IMG/VR virus record: IMGVR_UViG_3300033146_000244
Location: 1-64,000 of that record
DNA from: a virus
Direction: 5' to 3' (one strand)
Length of the DNA: 64,000 bases
The notes beneath the pieces are model-generated. The model worked only from the letters and a program-made list of their open reading frames with translations, was not told the origin of the DNA and did no database searches. The position numbers were made by a program, and so were the translations under genes. Position 1 is the first letter of the stretch. Every line of letters begins with the position of its first letter. Shown here piece after piece: positions 57,092 through 64,000 of the stretch.

Positions 57092-57841
57092 ATGACTAAG
57101 AAAAAATTACATAGGAGTAATAAGTTAGTTTTTAATCAAGCTCTGCACAAGTACTACTTTGAGGGAAAAGAGCTTCTATCGGTAACTAATTTTATTAAGA
57201 CCTTTGATAAGGAGTTTAATCCGTTGTTCGCATCTATAGGTGTTGCCAAATCAAATACTAAGAAAAAGAAAGGAATAACAGATGCAAGGGGTATTAGAAA
57301 GTTGTGGAGACTACATGGTGAGCGTAAGAGATGTATAGGAACTGCCGCACATGCTTTTGCTGAGATGCGTATAATGGATAGGACAGTAGAACCCATAACT
57401 GGCTATGATAAAGCTGTTATAAAGGCATTAGAAGCGCTAAGTAAAAATTGGGATATAGTAGGAGCAGAGCAGAGAGTATATTCTACTACTAGCTACCTAG
57501 CTGGGACGTATGACCTTAAGTTGAAGCATAAAACTACTGGAGTGTTTGCTATGGTAGATTGGAAAGTAACTGAGGATATGTTTAAAGGATATAACAAGTT
57601 GAAGGGGGTCTTTAAAGATTTAAAGGCTACTGCACTTGTTAAATATTTTATACAACTTAACATATATGCTTTATTAGATAAAGATATTATAAATGAGGAT
57701 AAACTATTTGTAATACAACTTAAAAATGATGGTACGTTTAATGCTTATACTATAAAGGATATAGCTAGAAGTGTAAGAGATGATGTAGTTAAAGTAATTA
57801 AGAGTAGGGTTGTAGATAATCACCCTCTACTTAACATGTAA
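57092..57841 (+). CDS. PD-(D/E)xK family nuclease
   Basis: HKY...SVT, GTAAH..AE, AEQRV, AGTYD, MVDWK, QLNIY. Confidence 0.85.
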   Translation: MTKKKLHRSNKLVFNQALHKYYFEGKELLSVTNFIKTFDKEFNPLFASIGVAKSNTKKKKGITDARGIRKLWRLHGERKRCIGTAAHAFAEMRIMDRTVEPITGYDKAVIKALEALSKNWDIVGAEQRVYSTTSYLAGTYDLKLKHKTTGVFAMVDWKVTEDMFKGYNKLKGVFKDLKATALVKYFIQLNIYALLDKDIINEDKLFVIQLKNDGTFNAYTIKDIARSVRDDVVKVIKSRVVDNHPLLNM

Positions 57842-57852
57842 TTAATATAGAT

Positions 57853-58056
57853 ATGGTAATAATAGATTTTAAAGAGGTGTGTACTGAAGCTGATAGGTTA
57901 GCAAGTAAGTACAATAAGAAGATAGCTGTAGTTCGTGAACTGCTTGGGTATAGCATAGTAGCTTTACAGTTTGCAATGGATAACAGTCCTAGATTAAAAG
58001 TAGTATATTTAACCGACGGTAATGAAAAGCAACCAAGTACAGAAGGAGCTAATTAA
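57853..58056 (+). CDS. Hypothetical protein
   Basis: 67 aa, in operon. Confidence 0.55.
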   Translation: MVIIDFKEVCTEADRLASKYNKKIAVVRELLGYSIVALQFAMDNSPRLKVVYLTDGNEKQPSTEGAN

Positions 58057-58273
58057 GATAGCTGATAGACATGGTGTAGATATTAAAATTGTACGGAGCA
58101 TACTAGATAACGAGCTTGAGGAGTTAGCTAAGTTCTTAAAAGTACCTATTGACTTAGAAGCACCTCGTAAAATTATGATGACTGGTTTCGGTACTGTATT
58201 CTTAAATGATGCTACCAAGAAGAAGTTACATAAAAAAGAATTTAATAAGAAGGAAGATGGAAAACCTATTTGA
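58022..58273 (+). CDS. HU/IHF-like DNA-binding protein
   Basis: ELIKIADRHGV.....R.I and IMMTGFGTV; upstream of the terminase, as in crAss-like phages. Confidence 0.65.
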   Translation: MKSNQVQKELIKIADRHGVDIKIVRSILDNELEELAKFLKVPIDLEAPRKIMMTGFGTVFLNDATKKKLHKKEFNKKEDGKPI

Positions 58274-58844
58274 GTTAAATAAGAATAACGTAATTGTACC
58301 CAATCCTATGGTATTGTTAATGATTCCATTTGAGAAGATATGGGTTAGAGATAAAACAGTAAAGAAGAATGTAGCTTTAAAGGAATTAACTTTTGTATGG
58401 GCTTCTTGTTCTAAGTCAGATGATAATATATGGAAAGAGATACCAGAGGGTACTGAAAGATGGGGAATACTTAAGGAGGACTTGTTTGGTAAAAATACTA
58501 AATGGAAGCCCTCTAAACTACTTGTGGAAGCTATTGACTACTATAAGGCAAGGATACCAAAGACTGCGGCAGATAGGTTGCTAGAAAGTACTGAAATTGC
58601 AATGGATAAGATAGGGGACTATATTAGGAATGTGGACTTGTTAGAAACCAATGCTAATACTGGTACTTTATTACATGATGTTAAAAAGATACACAGTATG
58701 TCTAGTACTATGGGTAAGATGTATAGTGACTACGTGGCTTTAAGAGCTTCTATTGAAGCAGGTAAAAGAGAAGAATCTACTGTAAGGGGTGGTGGTGTAG
58801 AAGGTATGTTTGAAGATGGTAATAGTTTAGCTGGGTTATTTTAG
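58257..58844 (+). CDS. Putative terminase small subunit
   Basis: Abuts terL; helical, with C-terminal STVRGGG..GMFED. Likely start MENLF. Call is positional. Confidence 0.5.
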   Translation: MENLFELNKNNVIVPNPMVLLMIPFEKIWVRDKTVKKNVALKELTFVWASCSKSDDNIWKEIPEGTERWGILKEDLFGKNTKWKPSKLLVEAIDYYKARIPKTAADRLLESTEIAMDKIGDYIRNVDLLETNANTGTLLHDVKKIHSMSSTMGKMYSDYVALRASIEAGKREESTVRGGGVEGMFEDGNSLAGLF

Positions 58845-61049
58845 ATGACTACTCGCATGACAAAGCTAAGTAAGCTCTATAGAATAGACAGTAGTATAAT
58901 AGAGGATGTATATAAGCTAGCTAAGAAACATGACATACATATATACGATGCTTACACTGCATACCTACGGTACGACGCCCCCAGTGTAATAGATAAGCAC
59001 TGTGCCGATTTTTCCTTTAATCAGAAGATAGTTAGTTGGTACAAGAGTGATAGATACTTAGTTAATACAGAGAAGTACAGAGAAGCAGCAGAAACATTCC
59101 GAACTACTGGTAGTTACACGAACTTAAAACCAAATAAGCACCCTAATAGTGAGTACATGAAGTTCTGGGTAGAAGAGGCTCGTAGGAGTATATATGGGTT
59201 TCATATAGGTAATGACTGGATATCTGGTTATTACTATTTTTATTTGAATTATTCTCCTATAGATTTGGCGGTAGTATTGGACGATACATCTAGTAACGGT
59301 GCTATAAGGGGAGACCGTATAACTGACTTTGCTTCTATGTGGGACGGTGATTACTACTACTTTCACTATTTAGAAGAATGTGAACGTACTGGTAAACAAG
59401 CAGCAGTACTTAAGGCACGTGGTAGAGGATTTAGTTGGAAACACGCTTCTATGCTAGATAGAAACTTCTTCTTGATACCTAAGAGTAAGTCAATGGTGTA
59501 TGCTAGTAGTAAAGAATACTTGACTGGTAATGACGGTATATTAACTAAGGCTTGGTCTATAATGAGCCACTTAGATTTGAATACGGCTTGGGCTAAGAGA
59601 AGACAGGTTAAGAACACGCAGGACAGTAAGAGAGCATCGTTAGAACGGGTGAAAAACGGCGTAAAGACTGAAACTGGGTTCATGTCAGAAATATCTGGAA
59701 TTACACTGGGGGATAGTGTGCATAAGCTAAGAGGAAAGCGTAGTAAACTGATAATATTTGAAGAGTCTGGTAGTTTTAAGGACTTGGAGACTGCGTGGAT
59801 AGTTTCAGACCCAAGTGTTAAGCAAGGTAATATAGTGTTTGGTCTTAAGGTGGCATTTGGTACAGGAGGTGAAGAGGGTAGTCAGTTTGAAGGGTTGAAG
59901 AACTTATTTTATAAACCAGACGCTTTTAACGTGTTGTCTTTACCTAATGTATGGTCAGGTAATGCAGAACATAACAAGGTGGGGTGGTTTGCTCCTTCCT
60001 ACATTAACTTGGAAGGGCACTATGATAAAGATGGTAATAGTAATATAGAGGTTGGTAAGAAAGCAATAGAACAAGAAAGAGAAGATGCGTTAGTAAGTGG
60101 TGTAGCACCTAGTACATTCCAGAAGATGAAAGCAGAGAACCCCTTAGTGCCTGAAGATGCTATATTGAGGAGTACGCTGAGCCCTTTTCCGGTACAGATG
60201 CTATCAGAACATTTGGTCTTGCTGGAGACAGATACTGCTTATAGAGGTAAGGTTAGTAAGGGTACTTTATCCTTGACTATGGAAAATGAGGTTGTATGGC
60301 AAGAGGACTTGTTGAATAAAGTACATGTCATAGGCACTGATGATGTAAATAGCTTGAACGTAGATGGTGGTATAGAAGTTTATCAGCACCCACCAAGTAT
60401 GAAGGTTTCAAGAAATACGTTTATTATAGGGGTAGACCCGATAGACTTTGATAGGAATGAAGTTGGTAAGAACTTCTCTTTAGGTAGTATGTTTGTTATG
60501 AATACACTTACTGAGCAGATAGTAGCTGAGTATACTGGAAGACCTGCTAATGCTAATGATTTTTATGAGAACGTGAGGAGGTTATCTATGTATTATAATG
60601 CTAAGGTGATGTATGAGAATAACTTGAAAGGGTTGTATGTATATTTTACTAACAAGTTTAGTGAGCACATGTTATCTTTAAAGCCTACTATACTGCAGGA
60701 TACTAATGAGCAAATGAAGGTAGGTAATAGGAAGTATGGATTCACTGCTGCTGGTAATCAATCTTCAAGCATACTTAAGTATGGGAGACAACTTATAAAG
60801 GAGTGGTTAGAAAAGAGACTATCAGGCACAGACGATACTAGGTTACTATATACTATTAGAAGTGCTGGTCTGGTGCGAGAGTTGATAGATTGGCACGCAG
60901 ACGGTAACTATGATAGGGTAAGTGCGTTGATAGCTGTTATGATACATCTTGCTGATACTGATAGGACTAGGACTAGAAATGGTAGTAAATCTACTGAGGT
61001 AGATGTAGAGGCTCGTAATTTCTATAATAGGCCTTTTCTTGGGTGGTAG
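58845..61049 (+). CDS. terL: Terminase large subunit
   Basis: Walker A LKARGRGFSW, Walker B IIFEESG, FGTGG, nuclease IGVDP, YENN, GNYDRVSA. Confidence 0.93.
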   Translation: MTTRMTKLSKLYRIDSSIIEDVYKLAKKHDIHIYDAYTAYLRYDAPSVIDKHCADFSFNQKIVSWYKSDRYLVNTEKYREAAETFRTTGSYTNLKPNKHPNSEYMKFWVEEARRSIYGFHIGNDWISGYYYFYLNYSPIDLAVVLDDTSSNGAIRGDRITDFASMWDGDYYYFHYLEECERTGKQAAVLKARGRGFSWKHASMLDRNFFLIPKSKSMVYASSKEYLTGNDGILTKAWSIMSHLDLNTAWAKRRQVKNTQDSKRASLERVKNGVKTETGFMSEISGITLGDSVHKLRGKRSKLIIFEESGSFKDLETAWIVSDPSVKQGNIVFGLKVAFGTGGEEGSQFEGLKNLFYKPDAFNVLSLPNVWSGNAEHNKVGWFAPSYINLEGHYDKDGNSNIEVGKKAIEQEREDALVSGVAPSTFQKMKAENPLVPEDAILRSTLSPFPVQMLSEHLVLLETDTAYRGKVSKGTLSLTMENEVVWQEDLLNKVHVIGTDDVNSLNVDGGIEVYQHPPSMKVSRNTFIIGVDPIDFDRNEVGKNFSLGSMFVMNTLTEQIVAEYTGRPANANDFYENVRRLSMYYNAKVMYENNLKGLYVYFTNKFSEHMLSLKPTILQDTNEQMKVGNRKYGFTAAGNQSSSILKYGRQLIKEWLEKRLSGTDDTRLLYTIRSAGLVRELIDWHADGNYDRVSALIAVMIHLADTDRTRTRNGSKSTEVDVEARNFYNRPFLGW
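58978..58990 (+). repeat. Dispersed motif copy 7
   Basis: CCCCCAGTGTAAT in the TerL N-terminal extension (APSVI). Confidence 0.8.
59700..59712 (-). repeat. Dispersed motif copy 8 (antisense to terL)
   Basis: Minus strand CCCCCAGTGTAAT; the sense strand encodes GITLG. Confidence 0.75.
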
Positions 61050-61114
61050 CACATACTACGGGTAGGTGTAATAGCTAAATCTATAGGGTTGTTTATTTTA
61101 TAGCAACAAATATG

Positions 61115-61122
61115 TAATTTTG
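61115..61122 (+). promoter_or_regulatory. Possible -7 promoter element just before the portal ATG
   Basis: TAATTTTG then CA, 4 nt before the ATG at 61127; the -33 element is weak. Confidence 0.5.
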
Positions 61123-61126
61123 CAAA

Positions 61127-63442
61127 ATGGGTAATGAATTTAAGCACACTACACTAAGTAGTATAAAAAGTAAGAAGGCTCTTAAGGAGTTCATAACGAG
61201 ATTAAAGAAAGGTAGTACACCAGAAGATTCTATAAGGAAGTCAATAGAGGAGAAAAATGAGAATTACGATTTACTGGTGGGGTTACTTAGGAAGAGTTCT
61301 TTAGAGAAGGCTTTTAATCCTATGAAACTAAAGGGTGAGGCAATAGAGATTCCATCAGAAGATGAAGTGATTACTATTATTAAACCATCTGTGAATGCGT
61401 TAATAGGAGAAGAGTTGGAGAGGAACTTTGAGTATAGAGCTTACTTGACTAACCCGTCTGATATATCGCAGAAGGAGGTTACTATGAAGGAGGAGTTTGC
61501 AAATAGGCTCAATTCGTTAGTAATGGATACTGAGTTGAAAGGTGATATGTTAAAGTTAGAGTTAGAGAAACTGAACCACTGGAAATCCTATTCTGCACAA
61601 GATGTAAGGGAAAGAGCAGCTAACCACATTATAACTGATTATAAGGAAAGATTAGAACTTAAGACAGCCTTTAAGGAGATGTGGAAAGATGTAATCGCTG
61701 TTAATGAGGAAGCGTGTCATGTAGGTCTTTATAACGGTAATGTTGTAGTAGATAGGATAGATACAAGAGATTTGGAGGTGTACCATCTAGGTAACTCTGC
61801 TAAGTTAGAAGAAGCAGGTGTAATAATATGGAGTAGGTACATGCAGCCTGGTATGATAATAGAACGTTACTATGATGTATTATCTAAGGCTGATGTAGCG
61901 TATGTAATGGGAGATACTGAGTCAAGACAACCAGAGATGAATAGTAGTACTAGCATACCGAGTATGACTGGTAGTGATAACTCATTGAGAGATGAAGGTG
62001 TATTAGTAATAGATACAGAGACTAATAGAGCTTCATCAATATATAGTAAGGCTGGTAAAGTAGATGGTGTACTTAATGTGACTACTACTTATGTCAGGAC
62101 GGTCAGACCAGTGTTAAATGTAACTGGTATCAATGACGAGGGTGAAGAGTGGACTAGGCTGGAGGATAAGAGTTATGAGTTAGACAGTGGTGAGACTAGC
62201 GTATTGAGATATGTTAATGAGTGGTATGAAGCTACAGAGATAGGTAACAATGTTTGGGTAGATATAAGACCATGTCCAGTACAAGTTACTGATATGAATA
62301 ATCTCAGTTTGAATAAACCACCTATTGTAGGATTTGTGCATAAGTATAGTAGTGTACGGGGACAATCTATTGTAGATGTGTTAAAACCTATTCAGTATGA
62401 ATGGGCTATATTCAGCAAGAAGATGTCGCATTTGTGGGCTAGAAATCTAGGTAAGTTAGTTAGAATAGATGTTAGTAAGATACCAACAGATATGAGCCGT
62501 GATGCGTTCTTCAATTGGATTAAATCGTTTGGTGTGATTTTAGAGAATCCCTTTGAGGAGAGTAATATGAATGGTGTTATGTCAGGGCAGTTCGGAAGTA
62601 GTGTTAGTGCTGTGGACGTAGATTTGAGTTCTTCTATACAAGGTGTGCTACAGCACATGATGTATTTACAACAGCTGGCTGACGATACAGTCGGTGTTAA
62701 TAGACAGAGGAGAGGAGAGTTAATGACTAGCGATGGTAAGGGTGTAACTCAGGAAGCTATAGGGCGTAGCAATAAGATGACAGAGGAGTTTTTCTATGAG
62801 CATGATAACGTAAAGAAAAGAGTGTTTGCGCTGGTATTGGAGTATGTTAAGTTGTCTGTGAAGAACGGTACGAATGTTAAAGCACAGTACATCTTGGGAG
62901 ATATGGCTAATGTAATATACGATACAGAAGGGAGTGGTTTTGAAGAGGCTTCTTTCGGTATTATGATTACAAATGGTAGAAAGCGACAAGAGCTAGAACA
63001 GATTTTCCAGCAACTCGCTCACGCTGCGATGCAGAGTGGTACTATTACTATTAGTCAAATTATGGAACTATACAACACTGATAGTATGAGTGAGAAAATA
63101 AACACATTGAAAACTAGAGAGGAGGAAAACAGAATAAGACGGGAGGAACAGCAGAAACAAGATAGAGAACTACAACAACAGTTACAACAAGCTATGTTAC
63201 AAGATAAGGAAGCAGATAGGAAGCATGAGATAGATATAGCTAATATAAAAGCACAGGCATCTATAGAGGTTGCTTTAATTAACGCAGACAAGCACGATAC
63301 AGCTACAGAGAGAGATGTGGAGAGAGATGCCAGTAATAATGCACATAAAGAAGCTACACTAGCACAGAGGAAACAAGAGAATCTGGATAGGCTTGGAATG
63401 GAGAGAGAGCGACTTAATGCTAGTAGGAGTAACAAAAAATAA
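61127..63442 (+). CDS. Portal protein
   Basis: 771 aa after terL; IIKPSVNALIGEE, GVNRQRRG and a Gln-rich coiled-coil tail typical of crAss-type portals. Confidence 0.88.
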   Translation: MGNEFKHTTLSSIKSKKALKEFITRLKKGSTPEDSIRKSIEEKNENYDLLVGLLRKSSLEKAFNPMKLKGEAIEIPSEDEVITIIKPSVNALIGEELERNFEYRAYLTNPSDISQKEVTMKEEFANRLNSLVMDTELKGDMLKLELEKLNHWKSYSAQDVRERAANHIITDYKERLELKTAFKEMWKDVIAVNEEACHVGLYNGNVVVDRIDTRDLEVYHLGNSAKLEEAGVIIWSRYMQPGMIIERYYDVLSKADVAYVMGDTESRQPEMNSSTSIPSMTGSDNSLRDEGVLVIDTETNRASSIYSKAGKVDGVLNVTTTYVRTVRPVLNVTGINDEGEEWTRLEDKSYELDSGETSVLRYVNEWYEATEIGNNVWVDIRPCPVQVTDMNNLSLNKPPIVGFVHKYSSVRGQSIVDVLKPIQYEWAIFSKKMSHLWARNLGKLVRIDVSKIPTDMSRDAFFNWIKSFGVILENPFEESNMNGVMSGQFGSSVSAVDVDLSSSIQGVLQHMMYLQQLADDTVGVNRQRRGELMTSDGKGVTQEAIGRSNKMTEEFFYEHDNVKKRVFALVLEYVKLSVKNGTNVKAQYILGDMANVIYDTEGSGFEEASFGIMITNGRKRQELEQIFQQLAHAAMQSGTITISQIMELYNTDSMSEKINTLKTREEENRIRREEQQKQDRELQQQLQQAMLQDKEADRKHEIDIANIKAQASIEVALINADKHDTATERDVERDASNNAHKEATLAQRKQENLDRLGMERERLNASRSNKK

Positions 63443-63457
63443 TAAAGATATAATCGT

Positions 63458-64000
63458 ATGGATGTTAATGCACCAATCACAATAGATTTAGGTGAAGGTA
63501 ATGGAATAGATAACCCTGTGGACTTAGGGGCAACTAGTGCGGAAACGGGGGCTAATATTGGTATTACACTGGGAGAGCCACAGAGTGGCGATAAATTAGA
63601 GATAGGGAATAATGATGCACCTATAGAAGATGGTGTAAATAAGGAAGAAGTTGAGGTATCTAGTGGTGAAGAAGAGGGTACTAATGGAGAAGATAGATAT
63701 GATGAATCAAGTGTTGATGCGGGTGAGTTATCAAGATACTTACAAGATGAGGGTATATTACCAAAGGGTGATATAGGAGATGATTACAGTATGGACGACT
63801 TCCATGATGCTATGGAAGATAGGATAACTAGTGGTATAAAGAGTGGTGTAGAGAGTATATTAGCTGGAGCACCCAAAGAAGCAGTTGATTATTTTAATCA
63901 TCTTAAGAACGGTGGTAGCTTACAGGACTATCAAAGAGCAACGTCTTCTGACTATGGAAGTGTTGCAGCTGGTGCTTTAAAAGATAATGTAGGTTTACAA
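63458..64000 (+). CDS. Acidic scaffold-like head protein, 3'-truncated
   Basis: ATG at 63458, frame open to the window end (MDVNAPITIDLGEG...HLKNGGSLQDY). Very acidic; follows the portal. Confidence 0.65.
   Translation, partial: MDVNAPITIDLGEGNGIDNPVDLGATSAETGANIGITLGEPQSGDKLEIGNNDAPIEDGVNKEEVEVSSGEEEGTNGEDRYDESSVDAGELSRYLQDEGILPKGDIGDDYSMDDFHDAMEDRITSGIKSGVESILAGAPKEAVDYFNHLKNGGSLQDYQRATSSDYGSVAAGALKDNVGLQ
63563..63573 (-). repeat. Dispersed motif copy 9 (shorter C-run, antisense)
   Basis: Minus strand CCCAGTGTAAT; the sense strand encodes GITLG. Confidence 0.6.

Noticed and set aside
40681-63442. Introns or further inteins in polA, terL or portal
   Set aside because: The ORFs are continuous, of normal length, with motifs in the expected order.
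6816-63573. Dispersed motif as a CRISPR repeat, IS end or conserved peptide
   Set aside because: Copies are kilobases apart with no spacer array or transposase, and they occur in different frames, on both strands and once between genes.
1-64000. Stop-codon reassignment (TAG or TGA), known in some Crassvirales
   Set aside because: Genes are full-length and densely packed in code 11, TAG ends genes cleanly at 1206, 4142, 18305, 58844 and 61049, and no suppressor tRNA is seen.

Overview
This AT-rich window is part of a crAss-like (Crassvirales) phage genome read in the standard genetic code. Canonical TTTG-N20-TAnnTTTG promoters indicate a Bacteroidota host. (1) 1-22415 (+): late virion cargo genes, including a 4711-aa virion RNA polymerase polyprotein with a DFDFD catalytic loop and a C-terminal HExxH zincin. 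(2) 22483-55919 (-): replication and nucleotide genes (dUTPase, intein-containing NrdJ, GroES, primase, SSB, DnaB-like helicase, ligase, AAA ATPase, PolA), then accessory genes (two GH73-like hydrolases, a PemK/MazF-like protein, many hypotheticals). (3) 55920-57091: a non-coding divergence region, possibly the origin or genome terminus. (4) 57092-64000 (+): nuclease, IHF-like gene, putative TerS, TerL, portal and the start of a scaffold-like gene. Two signals are not explained by the gene list. One is a GC-rich motif, CCCC(C)AGTGTAA(A)T, found 9 times, mostly 7-12 kb apart and mostly inside linker regions of unrelated genes; a related core forms an inverted repeat in the non-coding region. 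The other is a tRNA-shaped RNA whose anticodon loop is replaced by a C-UACG-G tetraloop. All calls come from reading the sequence; no searches were run.
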